Positions 38,308 to 48,839 of a stretch of DNA of 64,000 nt are shown here, piece after piece. The translations under genes and the position numbers were made by a program. The stretch is taken from contig OZ242311.1 in assembly GCA_965207885.1 (NCBI GenBank), positions 5,408,001 to 5,472,000 of the forward strand. Reading direction: 5' to 3'. Source of the DNA: Candidatus Latescibacterota bacterium (GTDB lineage: Bacteria; Latescibacterota; UBA2968). The notes beneath the pieces are model-generated. The model saw nothing but the letters and a program-made list of their open reading frames with translations. It ran no database searches and was not told the origin of the DNA. The first letter of the stretch is position 1, and each line of letters starts with the position of its first letter.

Positions 38308-40503
38308 TTAATCCGCATTCACACGCACAAAAACCGCGCGCCCTGGTAGCGGATAACCCCAGGTATCGGCGATTTGTGCTCCGGTTAAATTTTTTACCTC
38401 CAATCCAATGTGAAACCGCAGCCCCGTATCCACCTTCACACCCGCATTGTGAACATGCCGCGATAATAACGGGCGTCGATTTGCTTGATCCAAAAAATTG
38501 CCATCTTCAAATGCATAATCGTAAAACGCAGTACAGCGTCCCAGACGCATTGTCGCGCGAACAAACAGCGCGTGTGGCGGGCGATTGGGCAAAATATTGC
38601 CAGTCAAATGGGGAATATTGGACTTATCGGTGGCCTTTTGATACGTGTAATTACCCGACAGATCGGCCCGAGAACCAAAGCGTCTCTGCGCGGTCATCTC
38701 AAACCCATACACACGCGCTTTGCCAATATTAACCGGACGCGACGTAGCCTGTGACGTGTGAACAAACTGGATCAAATCCTCATAGCGATGGTCAAAAAAC
38801 GCACCTTCCAAAGTGGTCGTACCATCTGCATAACGCAGACCCGCATCCCATGTAAGACCATACTCCGGCCTGAGATTGACATTGCCGACCACACCGCCGC
38901 GATCGCCAAAAAGCTCGTAAAAAGAAGGCACGCGAAATACGCGCCCCGCATTGGCCTTAAACATCAGATGAGAGGCCAGATCAAAACGCACACCCGAACG
39001 CAGACTGGTGAGACTGCGCGCATTGGCCGAATCGGGTGCGAGCGGCGAAAAATTAAAAGGATTCGCACCGGTAAACGAACTGTATATCCGCCGTTGCTCC
39101 ACGCCAAAAGACCAGATACCCATCTCACCCGGCAGTGAAATATCCACACCCATACGCGCGACAAAAACCCACCGCTGACTATCGAACAAATTGGAGGTGG
39201 ACCGAAGACGCGCCGTAGGCAAATAAGTCTCCCTGTGCAACCCAATCGCAGCCGCAATATCACAGCGCGAAAACAAAACCGTTTGCAAACGCCCCTGCCA
39301 TCCATAAGTACGCGTGAGATAATCGTTATCCTGGCGACCAATCCCAACTTCGCCATCCAGATCGCGGAACCGCTCTTTGACATGCGTGACATAAAGCGAT
39401 TGCCGCGTATTTATACCTCGCAAAAGAACGCGATCTTCATAAGCGGCTTCCGTCATCGTCTGGAAAACATCAAAATGTGCATTCTGCGACTGATTATTGC
39501 TAATACCGGGCATACCCTGATATTTCCAATACACAGTCTCGTGGAAGGATAAAATTCTATCCTCCCCAAAAGCGCGACGCCATTTGCCCAAAAGATTAAA
39601 AGATCGATGATCGTTATTCTGACGCCTGCTCCAAACATCGTCACTGTCATTGTATTCCGTCCCATTATCATCGAGAAATCCGAAATCGTTATCGCTATGT
39701 GCATAATCAGCCACAACGAGAAACTCCGACTGACCAAACCCACCCGCGAACACACCACTTAATAACCGCGTATCAAAAGCTCCCCACGACCCTCGAATCC
39801 CATGAAACCATCGTCCCTGCGTCTGTCGCGTACGCACATGCACCGTGCCCCCCAGACCATTGCCGCCAGCACCTGCACCGCGGTACACCTCAATCTGCCC
39901 GACGTGAGCCAGTGGCAAATTGCTGAGATCTACCCCCCCACCAAAAGCGGTATTGAGCAAAATGCCATCGAGATAGACCTCAACCTGATCGGCTGATGAA
40001 CCGCGCAGCGAAAGCGTGCTAAAAGCACCCAGTCCACCGAGACGCTTGACGTGTACCCCCGTGGCCTCAGCCAATACATCTGGCAACGTTGTCTCTCTAC
40101 CTTCAAAACTTTCGCGCGTAATAACAGTCGCATACGCTGGATTCCTGTGAATATCACTGGCACCTATCGGATCGGCAATCACCGAAAACTCATCAAGGGG
40201 AAGGGTCCTGAGAGACAGCGCAATAAAAACCTCAGCCGTCTCGGCCACCTGAACCGTACGCCGCACCTCATCGTAAGCCACATGAGTCATGACAAGCGTA
40301 TAAGCACCCGGCATCAAATCAAAAAAAACAAAACGCCCATCGCCATCCGTCTGCGTCACAAAATCCGTATTGAGAATGCGAACACGCGCATTAGCGATGG
40401 GAATCTCGCTCTCCGCATCAATAACGCGACCAACAATCTGCGCTCCCCAAAGCGGCGTATTCGCGCAAAGAATTAAAAAAATGAAAAAACGCATCATTTT
40501 CAT
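38308..40503 (-). CDS. btuB: TonB-dependent receptor, BtuB-like
   Basis: Plug LSLRGSSADQVEVYLDG, IEVYRG, FRVPSFYEL..GNVNLRPE, YPLPGR; under a cobalamin riboswitch. Confidence 0.82.
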   Translation of the reverse strand: MKMMRFFIFLILCANTPLWGAQIVGRVIDAESEIPIANARVRILNTDFVTQTDGDGRFVFFDLMPGAYTLVMTHVAYDEVRRTVQVAETAEVFIALSLRTLPLDEFSVIADPIGASDIHRNPAYATVITRESFEGRETTLPDVLAEATGVHVKRLGGLGAFSTLSLRGSSADQVEVYLDGILLNTAFGGGVDLSNLPLAHVGQIEVYRGAGAGGNGLGGTVHVRTRQTQGRWFHGIRGSWGAFDTRLLSGVFAGGFGQSEFLVVADYAHSDNDFGFLDDNGTEYNDSDDVWSRRQNNDHRSFNLLGKWRRAFGEDRILSFHETVYWKYQGMPGISNNQSQNAHFDVFQTMTEAAYEDRVLLRGINTRQSLYVTHVKERFRDLDGEVGIGRQDNDYLTRTYGWQGRLQTVLFSRCDIAAAIGLHRETYLPTARLRSTSNLFDSQRWVFVARMGVDISLPGEMGIWSFGVEQRRIYSSFTGANPFNFSPLAPDSANARSLTSLRSGVRFDLASHLMFKANAGRVFRVPSFYELFGDRGGVVGNVNLRPEYGLTWDAGLRYADGTTTLEGAFFDHRYEDLIQFVHTSQATSRPVNIGKARVYGFEMTAQRRFGSRADLSGNYTYQKATDKSNIPHLTGNILPNRPPHALFVRATMRLGRCTAFYDYAFEDGNFLDQANRRPLLSRHVHNAGVKVDTGLRFHIGLEVKNLTGAQIADTWGYPLPGRAVFVRVNAD

Positions 40504-40506
40504 AAG

Positions 40507-41625
40507 CTATGGATCGAGCTTTCGATAGTACTTGAGTTGATGATTCGGCAACAAATTGGAATACAAAATTTTAATAATATCAGCCAACACAACATCTGGC
40601 TCAATAAGCCCCGTCTCCCAATAATCATTACCCCCATGCGCATTCAGACGCGCATTCGCATTGAAAACATTGCCCGTCTCAAACGCCGTGAATTTTCTGT
40701 AACGCGCATCCTCGGCAACAACATCGCCTCGAGAAAACCACTCATTTCTCATCGTAATCCAACAATCCGCATCGTGTGCCTTTTCGTAAACCGTTTCAAA
40801 ATCAAGCGCCAAACTCTGCCGTGAATCATCATCTCCCCACAGATAATTCGCCCTCGCATCCCTGAGCAACTGCGCGGGATAGGTATTGCCCCCCGACATA
40901 AACCAGGTCCCGCGCCAGAGAGACCCAACAAAAACAGTGGGACGCTTATCTGCTGGCAAATTCTGGACCAACGCTCTACGCGCTTCATACCTCACAACAA
41001 TGCTATCAAATTGGGCAGATGCCAGCCCTTCTTTCTGAAAAAAAGCACCCACAAATTTGATCCACTCGACGCGCCCCAGCAACGAAGGTTCCGCATATGC
41101 AGCATTAATAACAACAGGCACACCCGCTTCTTGAAGTGCGAGCAGCGCATTATCCTGTGATTGCGCATCTGTCATAACGAGATCGGGTTGAAGCACCAGA
41201 ACTCTTTCCAAATCAATAGCCCTATCTCGCCCAACTTCGACCAACTCACCCGCCGCAAAGCGCTGTTTGACAGCCTCTGAATTGACAAATTTGATATTAT
41301 CAATCCCAATCAGGCTATGAACCTCACCGAGCTTTTCGACATGTGGCAAATGCGTCGTAGATGTCGTAATCAAAGTCCGCACGGGAACTTCTATTCTCGG
41401 CACACCTTCATAGCCATCGGGCGACTCGTGCCCGCGCTGCACCAGGACATACTGAACCTTTTCCCGCTCTCCACTCCCGGGCGCAAGCACTGTTACAACC
41501 CTGTAATCATCGAAATAATCAACGCGAAAACCCTGTGCATATTGCAAAGACAACTGCGCCTGAACAGGTATGATCCAAACTCCGATACAACATATCATCT
41601 GCATCCATATTCTTAGATTCAACAC
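40507..41625 (-). CDS. btuF: ABC substrate-binding protein, BtuF-like
   Basis: YAQGF, STTHLP, LGRVEWIKF, NDYWETG..EPD; first gene after the riboswitch. Confidence 0.8.
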   Translation of the reverse strand: MLNLRIWMQMICCIGVWIIPVQAQLSLQYAQGFRVDYFDDYRVVTVLAPGSGEREKVQYVLVQRGHESPDGYEGVPRIEVPVRTLITTSTTHLPHVEKLGEVHSLIGIDNIKFVNSEAVKQRFAAGELVEVGRDRAIDLERVLVLQPDLVMTDAQSQDNALLALQEAGVPVVINAAYAEPSLLGRVEWIKFVGAFFQKEGLASAQFDSIVVRYEARRALVQNLPADKRPTVFVGSLWRGTWFMSGGNTYPAQLLRDARANYLWGDDDSRQSLALDFETVYEKAHDADCWITMRNEWFSRGDVVAEDARYRKFTAFETGNVFNANARLNAHGGNDYWETGLIEPDVVLADIIKILYSNLLPNHQLKYYRKLDP

Positions 41626-41636
41626 ACACCTCGCAC

Positions 41637-41671
41637 AAAAAAATCCCTGACTTCCTTGTAGAAATCAGGGA
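41637..41671 (-). terminator. Terminator in the cobalamin riboswitch expression platform
   Basis: Minus strand TCCCTGATTTC...GAAGTCAGGGA then TTTTTTT, just before btuF. Confidence 0.75.
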
Positions 41672-41754
41672 CATAGCTAAACGCGACAAAACCACATAGC
41701 GCACGCATTATCTCACCTTTTTCCCAATCCACGAGGAAATCAATAAGGCCTGAG

Positions 41755-41903
41755 ATTCGGGCAGGTCTTCTGGCTTCTGGGTCTCGTGCGCCTCGCGCCT
41801 TCCCGGTTTTTCACCAGTGGCATATAGTGCGAGAAACATCCCCAGTTACAGCGGCGGGACCGCAACGGATTCTCACCGTTTTCCCTATACTGCAACCCAA
41901 ATC
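41755..41903 (-). ncRNA. Cobalamin riboswitch
   Basis: Minus strand AGGGAA..CGGTGAGAATCCG..GCGGTCCCGCCGCTGTAA...GCCACTG...GGGAAGG...AGCCAGAAGACCTGCC (B12 box). Confidence 0.95.
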
Positions 41904-41923
41904 CATGTTTTATGACATTTTAT

Positions 41924-42166
41924 TTACAGCGCAACTTCCTCCACTGAAAGACCGCGGTCTTTGAGATACGGCAAAAGACCTTTTTTATTCACCGTTCGCA
42001 GTGCGCGGGCTGAGAGTTTGATACGCACAAAGCGACCGAGTTCTGGAACGTAAATGCGCTTGCTCTTCAAATTGGGTTTCTGCACCCGCTTGACTCTTCG
42101 TTTGGAGTGGGACACATGATGACCGCTCAGCGGTCCTATCCCCGTAATACTACAACGTCTGGCCAT
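41924..42166 (-). CDS. rpmB: 50S ribosomal protein L28 (single-Cys form)
   Basis: MARRCSITG...VSHS...KPNL...IKLSARALRT. Confidence 0.95.
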   Translation of the reverse strand: MARRCSITGIGPLSGHHVSHSKRRVKRVQKPNLKSKRIYVPELGRFVRIKLSARALRTVNKKGLLPYLKDRGLSVEEVAL

Positions 42167-42188
42167 GGAAAAATCCCCTTGTCAATAT

Positions 42189-42353
42189 CTATCGCTCTTC
42201 CCGATAGAGCACGCGCTTCCGCAATATGGGATCGAACTTTTTTAATTCGAGACGATCGGGATGATTCTGTCGATTTTTTTCCGTATGATAATAGTGCGAA
42301 CTCTCTGTACTTTTCATTCTAATGAGCATGCGGCTACCCTGTCGCTTAGCCAT
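42189..42353 (-). CDS. rpmG: 50S ribosomal protein L33, cysteine-free (C-minus) form
   Basis: MAKRQGSRMLIRMKSTESSHYYHTEKNRQNHPDRLELKKFDPILRKRVLYREER. Confidence 0.93.
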   Translation of the reverse strand: MAKRQGSRMLIRMKSTESSHYYHTEKNRQNHPDRLELKKFDPILRKRVLYREER

Positions 42354-42412
42354 AGCGTACCCCCAGTATCTTTTGTTATCAGACCGCCAACACGCGGCGG
42401 GCAAGAAGTTGA

Positions 42413-42441
42413 AATATACAGTGTTACCTCTATAACATCAA
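42413..42441 (-). promoter_or_regulatory. Promoter of rpmG-rpmB with a dyad (Zur-like) in the spacer
   Basis: TTGATG, 17 nt, TATATT; dyad TGTTA-tagagg-TAACA at 42422-42437. Confidence 0.55.
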
Positions 42442-42540
42442 GAATTTTGTATTACACAGTCAAAATCCAGTTGGCAAAAACAAATCCCATTCCCTATCAT
42501 ACAGTTTTGCGTTCACCAACACCGATCAAAGGAGAGAACA

Positions 42541-42891
42541 ATGGCCGAAGAAACGATCTTTAGCAAAATTATTAGACGCGAAATCAATGCAGATATCGTT
42601 TATCAAGACGACCTGGTAACCGCTTTTCGGGACATCAATCCCCAGGCCCCCACCCACGTATTGATCGTCCCTAACAAATTGATCCCGACGGTCAACGATG
42701 TCGCAAAAGAAGACGAACCCGCACTCGGGCGCATGATGACCGTAGCGGCAAAAATCGCGGCAGACGAGGGCATATCAGAAGACGGGTATCGCCTCATCAT
42801 CAATTGCAATCGCGACGGAGGCCAGGAAGTGTATCACATCCACATGCATCTGCTCGGCGGACGGCCTCTGGGCAGGATGTTGGCGAGATAG
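42541..42891 (+). CDS. hinT: HIT family purine nucleoside phosphoramidase
   Basis: [32 protein letters not shown]. Confidence 0.93.
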   Translation: MAEETIFSKIIRREINADIVYQDDLVTAFRDINPQAPTHVLIVPNKLIPTVNDVAKEDEPALGRMMTVAAKIAADEGISEDGYRLIINCNRDGGQEVYHIHMHLLGGRPLGRMLAR

Positions 42892-42895
42892 AAGG

Positions 42896-43171
42896 TCATT
42901 GATCAGAAGGCGGAGGAACCGGATCGTACCCACCTCTGGCAAACGGACGACAGCGCAAAATACGTCGTATCGCAAGAGACAGAGCATACGGGAAGGGATG
43001 CTGGCGAAAAGCTTCAAGCGCGTAGTGCGAACATGTGGGATGATAGCGGCAGGGACTGGGCGCAATGGCAAAAAAGCGCATCAGGGGCGACAGCACATAT
43101 TGATAGCCTTTAATGAGCACACACGCGATGATGGAAAACATTCTATCGACAATTTTTATAGGATTGACCAT
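42896..43171 (-). CDS. yidD: Membrane protein insertion efficiency factor YidD
   Basis: [32 protein letters not shown]. Confidence 0.9.
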   Translation of the reverse strand: MVNPIKIVDRMFSIIACVLIKGYQYVLSPLMRFFAIAPSPCRYHPTCSHYALEAFRQHPFPYALSLAIRRILRCRPFARGGYDPVPPPSDQ

Positions 43172-43223
43172 TTTGCATTTTGAGGTATATTAGGCGGAAC
43201 TCGTCAGAACAACGGAGAACAGA

Positions 43224-44069
43224 ATGACTCTACCAGACATACAGAACTCACATGACAAACGCGGCATTGAAATTGACCAGGTTGGTGTATCCAATGTGCG
43301 CTATCCCTTGACCTTGCCGCTACGCGATAACGGCGAATTTCACACAGTGGCCAATCTATCCATGACCGTGAGCTTGCCCCACCATCAAAAGGGAACCCAC
43401 ATGTCGCGGTTTATGATTGCGCTGAATGAGCAACACAAACACTTTACACCTGATAGCGTACACATTGTACTCGAAGAAATGCTCGAATTATTGGAAGCCG
43501 AAGAAGCATTTCTCAGTATGGCATTTCCCATTTTTTTAACCCGCAAAGCACCTATCACGGGCATTGAAGGCATGCTGGACTACAACTGTGAATTTAAGGC
43601 AATGTTGACAAATGAAGGCCTGCAAGACAAGCTAATCGGCGTACGTGCCAACGTGGCAAGCCTCTGCCCCTGCAGCAAAGAAATCAGCGACTATGGCGCG
43701 CACAATCAACGTTCCGAAATCACAATGGATGTGCGGCCTTATGAGGATGAATTTATCTGGTTTGAAGATTTGATCGACATTGGCGAATACCATGCGTCGT
43801 GTCAACTCTATCCCATTCTAAAACGAACAGATGAAAAATACGTAACCGAGCGCGCATATAACAACCCCAAATTTGTCGAAGACATCGTGCGCGATGTGGC
43901 GACAGACCTGCTGGCAATGATGGACGAAGAGCGCATCGCGTGGTTTTACGTATCGAGCAACAATTACGAAAGCATCCACAACCACGATGCATTTGCCAAA
44001 ATTGAGCGCGGCGTGCGCGGTCCATTATTGACACACCGCAAAGAAGCGGAAAACGCGTTGATGGTCTAA
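43224..44069 (+). CDS. folE2: GTP cyclohydrolase IB (zinc-independent)
   Basis: IDQVGV, KGTHMSRF, SLCPCSKEIS.YGAHNQR, KRTDEK, NPKFVED, ESIHNHDA. Confidence 0.95.
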   Translation: MTLPDIQNSHDKRGIEIDQVGVSNVRYPLTLPLRDNGEFHTVANLSMTVSLPHHQKGTHMSRFMIALNEQHKHFTPDSVHIVLEEMLELLEAEEAFLSMAFPIFLTRKAPITGIEGMLDYNCEFKAMLTNEGLQDKLIGVRANVASLCPCSKEISDYGAHNQRSEITMDVRPYEDEFIWFEDLIDIGEYHASCQLYPILKRTDEKYVTERAYNNPKFVEDIVRDVATDLLAMMDEERIAWFYVSSNNYESIHNHDAFAKIERGVRGPLLTHRKEAENALMV

Positions 44070-44104
44070 CAACATATAAATTATGCGCTTGCAAGGATAG
44101 TCAA

Positions 44105-45112
44105 ATGGCAGATGAGACAGGTGTCACATTTGTAGATGAATACCATCCAGACAATATCAAGCTGGCGCATCAGATCTCGTGGAATGCACCCGACGACGAT
44201 TTGCTCTTTCTCAAACAGATCGGCGTGCGCTGGGTGCAGGTACACTGGCGAACGCAAATCCCAGACGTGGATCAGATGAAAGACGTCCAGAAACGGCTGG
44301 CACAATACGACCTCCGAATCTGCAGCGCCGGACACAGTGCGTGTCGCTCTCTCAAAATCCAGTTGGGACAGCCGGAACGGGATAAAGATATCGAGACGTA
44401 CTGCACCTTTATCCGCGCACTTGCAACCCTCGGCATACCCCTGTGCCTTCACTCTTTTCATCCGGCCAACACCTATACCACCCACCATGTGGAACGTCGA
44501 GGATACACAGCGCGAGCATTTGACCTCGACATATTCAGGACACAAGTGGAAAAGAACCGGTTCGAGAGAACCTACACAACCGAGGAAATTTGGGATAATT
44601 ACACCTATTTCATCAAGGCAGTATTGCCTGTAGCAGAAGAACTAAACATCACCCTCGCGCTTCACCCCGACGATCCGCCAGTCGAAATGATGAACGGGGT
44701 GGGCAAATTGATCACGCACTATGAGGGGTACCGGCGGGCAGAGGAAATTACTGACAGAAGCGAGAACTGGGGGTTACTCTTCTGCGTGGGAACGTGGTCA
44801 GAAGGCGGAGACCAGATGGGCAAAGATGTATTTGAGATGATCCAGGATTTTGGAGACAGAGGCAAAATCGCCGCAGTGCATTTCCGAAATGTGAGTTCAT
44901 CAATGCCCTATTTTGAAGAAACCTTTCCAGACGACGGTTATATGGACATGGCGCAGGTGATGAAGGCCCTGCGCAGGGTCGGTTTCAACGGCCCCCTGAT
45001 GCCCGACCACATTCCCAAACTGATAAACGATGAAAACCGCCGGGCAGGACTGGCATACTGCATCTCCTACATGAGAGCCCTGCTGCGCCAGGCCAATGCG
45101 TCAGTGGGATAG
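44105..45112 (+). CDS. uxuA: Mannonate dehydratase family protein
   Basis: LALHPDDPP, LFCVG, VHFRNV, FEETFPDDG, MPDH. Confidence 0.75.
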   Translation: MADETGVTFVDEYHPDNIKLAHQISWNAPDDDLLFLKQIGVRWVQVHWRTQIPDVDQMKDVQKRLAQYDLRICSAGHSACRSLKIQLGQPERDKDIETYCTFIRALATLGIPLCLHSFHPANTYTTHHVERRGYTARAFDLDIFRTQVEKNRFERTYTTEEIWDNYTYFIKAVLPVAEELNITLALHPDDPPVEMMNGVGKLITHYEGYRRAEEITDRSENWGLLFCVGTWSEGGDQMGKDVFEMIQDFGDRGKIAAVHFRNVSSSMPYFEETFPDDGYMDMAQVMKALRRVGFNGPLMPDHIPKLINDENRRAGLAYCISYMRALLRQANASVG

Positions 45113-45118
45113 ATCCTC

Positions 45119-45538
45119 CTATGCCGCTGTGGCAAGCGCGAGTTCGTGAATGCGCTTGACCATAGAGGCAAAGCCATTGGCGCGGTTGATACTGAGATGC
45201 TTGGCGAGATCGAGCTTTTCAAAAATGCTGCGAATATCAGCCGTGAGAATTTCCCGAGCGGTCTTACCCGAATACAGCGACAACAAAATAGCGACCAGAC
45301 CCTTGACAATCTGCGCATCGCTATCTGCGCGAAATTCGATCACAGGGGGATCGCCATCTCGAACATCGGTTACGAGCCACACCTGGCTCACACATCCCCG
45401 CACCAAATTGTCATCAATTTTGTATTTCTCATCAAAAGGCGGTAACTTGCGACCGAGTTCAATAATATACCGGTAGCGATCTTCCCAATCCGTGAGAACA
45501 TCAAAATTTTGCATAATGCGATCAATCGTAATATCCAT
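45119..45538 (-). CDS. sufE: SufE family sulfur-transfer protein
   Basis: WEDRYRYIIELG, VRGCVSQVW, ADSDAQIVKGL, RANG. Confidence 0.92.
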   Translation of the reverse strand: MDITIDRIMQNFDVLTDWEDRYRYIIELGRKLPPFDEKYKIDDNLVRGCVSQVWLVTDVRDGDPPVIEFRADSDAQIVKGLVAILLSLYSGKTAREILTADIRSIFEKLDLAKHLSINRANGFASMVKRIHELALATAA

Positions 45539-45547
45539 AAAAACCTC

Positions 45548-46519
45548 TCACCTCACCACCCGCGCAATATCGCGCGCAAAGTAGGTCAGAATCAGATCTG
45601 CGCCCGCGCGTTTAATACTCACCAGAACCTCGTCTCGCACCTGGTCTTCATCCAGCCAGCCATTTGCGAAAGCAGCTTTGAGCATCGCAAACTCGCCGCT
45701 GACATTGTACGCGGCAACCGGCACGCCAAACTCTGTTTTCACCCGGTAAATAATATCCAGATAGGGCAATGCGGGCTTGATCATAACGATATCCGCACCC
45801 TCTTCAATATCCAGAGCCACCTCTCGCATGGCCTCGTCGCCATTTGCCGGATCCATCTGATAGGAACGACGATCGCCAAATTGCGGCGCGGACTCTGCCG
45901 CTTCGCGGAATGGACCGTAAAAACCCGAACAGTACTTGGCCGAATATGCCATAATCGGTATATGGTCAAACCCCTGGGCATCCAGAGCAGAGCGAATAGC
46001 CCCAACCCGGCCATCCATCATATCGGAAGGCGCGACCACATCTGCGCCCGCGTGAACATGGGAAAGGGACTCCTCGACGAGAAGGTCAACCGTTTCATCA
46101 TTATGCACATCTTTATCCACAATCACACCGCAATGCCCGTGGTCCGTATATTCGCACAAACACACATCCGTAATCACATAGAGATCAGGCGTATGTTCTT
46201 TAATCGCAGATATCGCACGCTGAATAATACCATCATCGCAATAAGCCCCACTACCCCGCGCGTCTTTGTGATCGGGAATCCCAAAAAGAATCACCGCTGG
46301 AATGCCCAGATCGGCAATTTCTCTACACGCCTCAACCACGACATCTACCGACATCTGATGGTTGCCCGGCATAGACCCGATTTCTTTCTTCACACCTCTG
46401 CCCGGACACACAAACAGAGGCATAATCAAATCGTCAACGCGCACATGATTTTCGCGCACCATTCGGCGCGTCGTCTCACTCTGGCGCAAACGGCGCATGC
46501 GAGTAATTGGAAAAGTCAT
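45548..46519 (-). CDS. hemB: Porphobilinogen synthase, Zn-dependent type
   Basis: [39 protein letters not shown]. Confidence 0.96.
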   Translation of the reverse strand: MTFPITRMRRLRQSETTRRMVRENHVRVDDLIMPLFVCPGRGVKKEIGSMPGNHQMSVDVVVEACREIADLGIPAVILFGIPDHKDARGSGAYCDDGIIQRAISAIKEHTPDLYVITDVCLCEYTDHGHCGVIVDKDVHNDETVDLLVEESLSHVHAGADVVAPSDMMDGRVGAIRSALDAQGFDHIPIMAYSAKYCSGFYGPFREAAESAPQFGDRRSYQMDPANGDEAMREVALDIEEGADIVMIKPALPYLDIIYRVKTEFGVPVAAYNVSGEFAMLKAAFANGWLDEDQVRDEVLVSIKRAGADLILTYFARDIARVVR

Positions 46520-46541
46520 AAAAACCTTCTTCCGTCTTCTT

Positions 46542-48050
46542 CTACGCCAACTGCTTCACAGCTATCGTCCCTTCCGGCGCAGTGCGAACCTCATAGCCCG
46601 CATCGATGAGTTCCTGCCGCAGGCGATCGGCAGTATCGTAATCTCTGGATGCGCGGGCCTCATCAATCTGTTTGCAAATCGCCTCGCTGGTATCTGTATC
46701 ATCCGCTGATTCAGCCTTGACCAAGTCCGAAAGATCGGCAACCCCCAGCACACTATTGATCTTGTCAAACACATCCAGTGCTTCGGACGGGTCATCTACC
46801 TCTTGCCCCATCCAGTTATGCACAACCGCAAGTGCTGCACTAATATTGAGATCGCTGGACAGAGCACTGAGAAAATCAGCAACAACGGGATGATCGTTGC
46901 CGACCTCCGTCGCACCGCCGTTCGCCGCTTGAACCAGCCCCTGCCCAAACTCGTGAAATCTTCGCACGGCATTGGCCGAATCACGAACGCCCTTTTGCGT
47001 AAAATTGGTCTGCGTGCGATAATGCGTCTTAATCAGTTCGTAACGCAAAACCGAAGGATGAACGGGACGACCCGTTACCTTGCCCTCGAGCACATCCCGC
47101 ACCGTAAAAAAATTGCCTTTGCTCTTGGACATCTTCTCGCCTTCAACCATTAAATAGCGCGGGTGAATCCAGTACCTGGCAAAATGCGAATGCCCCGTCG
47201 CACAACACGATTGGGCAATCTCGCATTCGTGGTGTGGAAAAATATTATCCTCGCCCCCCGTGTGAATATCGATAACCTCTCGCCGCAGCATCTTCATCGC
47301 CATAGCCGAGCACTCGATATGCCAGCCCGGATACCCCTCACCCCAGGGAGAAGGCCATTTCATAATATGCGACGGATCGGGTTTCCACAAAAAGAAATCA
47401 GCGGGATTGCGCTTGATCGCCTGGTGTTCCTCAAGCACGCGCCCACCCGAACCCGCGACAAGTTGATCGAGATCGTTGCCCGACAGACGACCGTATTCGG
47501 GAAAAGATTCAACACTAAAATAAACCACACCATCATCGGCAACATAAGCATGGCTCTTGTCCAACAGCTTCTGAATCATCACCTGTATGGCATCGATATG
47601 TTCCGTGGGACGCGGCATATTGCGCGGATAGTCGTGCGCCACTTTAATCCCCAGCAAACGCGCATCTTCGACAAATGCATCCGTAAAATATTGCGCCACC
47701 TCAAACGGATCATCGGGATTGGAAATTGCATCATCGGGCAACTTGCCCAACTTCTTTTCTTCCTTGAGCTTGCGTGCAGCCACCGCGATTTTGTCCTCGC
47801 CAGTCGCATCGGCCACATCGTCGTCCGTCATATGCCCCACATCGGTAATATTCATCACATGGGTAACATTATAACCGGCCAATTCGAGAAAACGACGGAG
47901 CACATCGGAAAACAAAAAAGACTTAAAATTGCCGATATGGGCAAAATCGTACACCGTTGGACCACAGGAATACATCGCCACATTTGGAGGATCGAGCGGC
48001 TCAAAAACTTCTTCGCGATTCGTCAGCGTATTGTAAAATCGAATATCCAT
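46542..48050 (-). CDS. cysS: Cysteine-tRNA ligase
   Basis: [32 protein letters not shown]. Confidence 0.96.
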   Translation of the reverse strand: MDIRFYNTLTNREEVFEPLDPPNVAMYSCGPTVYDFAHIGNFKSFLFSDVLRRFLELAGYNVTHVMNITDVGHMTDDDVADATGEDKIAVAARKLKEEKKLGKLPDDAISNPDDPFEVAQYFTDAFVEDARLLGIKVAHDYPRNMPRPTEHIDAIQVMIQKLLDKSHAYVADDGVVYFSVESFPEYGRLSGNDLDQLVAGSGGRVLEEHQAIKRNPADFFLWKPDPSHIMKWPSPWGEGYPGWHIECSAMAMKMLRREVIDIHTGGEDNIFPHHECEIAQSCCATGHSHFARYWIHPRYLMVEGEKMSKSKGNFFTVRDVLEGKVTGRPVHPSVLRYELIKTHYRTQTNFTQKGVRDSANAVRRFHEFGQGLVQAANGGATEVGNDHPVVADFLSALSSDLNISAALAVVHNWMGQEVDDPSEALDVFDKINSVLGVADLSDLVKAESADDTDTSEAICKQIDEARASRDYDTADRLRQELIDAGYEVRTAPEGTIAVKQLA

Positions 48051-48084
48051 GTGAGTTCAAAAATAAAGCGGGACCATAATTTTG

Positions 48085-48831
48085 TCAATTCTGAGATCTT
48101 GTTCGACGCAAATTAATGAGATAAATCCCCGTAACCACGAGACCAATACTGACCCATTGATGCACCGTAAGCCCTATAAAAACCTCGGGCGTGAGACGCA
48201 CAAACTCGACAAAAAAGCGAGCAACAGCCATCAAAACGAGATAAAGACCAAAAATCATACCGGGTCTGAGACGATCGCGCAGAGCCAACAGAATCCCGAA
48301 AATACAAACCATCTGAATCATCTCGTAAATCGGCGTCGGATGCACAAAATCGAGCGTAGGCACAAGACCATTGGGATAAGCCATACCCCAGGGCAAATCC
48401 GTGGGAATCCCATAGCAGCCATCACCCGAAAGCTCACATCCTCCCCGCCCAAAAAAGTACCCCACCACAAGAGCCGGAGCAATCGCATCCACAGCGGGCC
48501 AATCGAGCGCATTATAGCGGCGAAGCCAAAGGAGCACAGTCGCAGCCCCGCCCAAAAACCCGCCATACCAGGCCCAACCCACCGAGGAAAAAATCGTCCC
48601 AAAAGGATCGGCCACAAAAGCGTGGGGATACTCAAAAACGTGAAAAATTTTACTGCCCACAATACCGCCAATCACAGCGGCAAACGCAATGCGATCTGAC
48701 AATGTGGGGTCAAGCCTCCGACGCCGAAACTCGCGCTTGAGCACCCACGACGCACAAATCAAACCGACCGCGAGCATCACGCCATAAACGCCGATGCGAA
48801 ACGGACCGTATTCAAAGAGAATTGGAGACAT
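48085..48831 (-). CDS. lgt: Prolipoprotein diacylglyceryl transferase
   Basis: YGVM, WYGG, GRGGC..GDGCYG.PTDLPWG, HPTPIYE, RFFVEFVR. Confidence 0.9.
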   Translation of the reverse strand: MSPILFEYGPFRIGVYGVMLAVGLICASWVLKREFRRRRLDPTLSDRIAFAAVIGGIVGSKIFHVFEYPHAFVADPFGTIFSSVGWAWYGGFLGGAATVLLWLRRYNALDWPAVDAIAPALVVGYFFGRGGCELSGDGCYGIPTDLPWGMAYPNGLVPTLDFVHPTPIYEMIQMVCIFGILLALRDRLRPGMIFGLYLVLMAVARFFVEFVRLTPEVFIGLTVHQWVSIGLVVTGIYLINLRRTRSQN

Positions 48832-48839
48832 CGTATTTA

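Noticed and set aside
45548-48050. hemB and cysS as zinc-independent backup paralogues
   Set aside because: HemB keeps [11 protein letters not shown] and CysS keeps its Cys/His/Glu zinc ligands, so both look like ordinary housekeeping copies.
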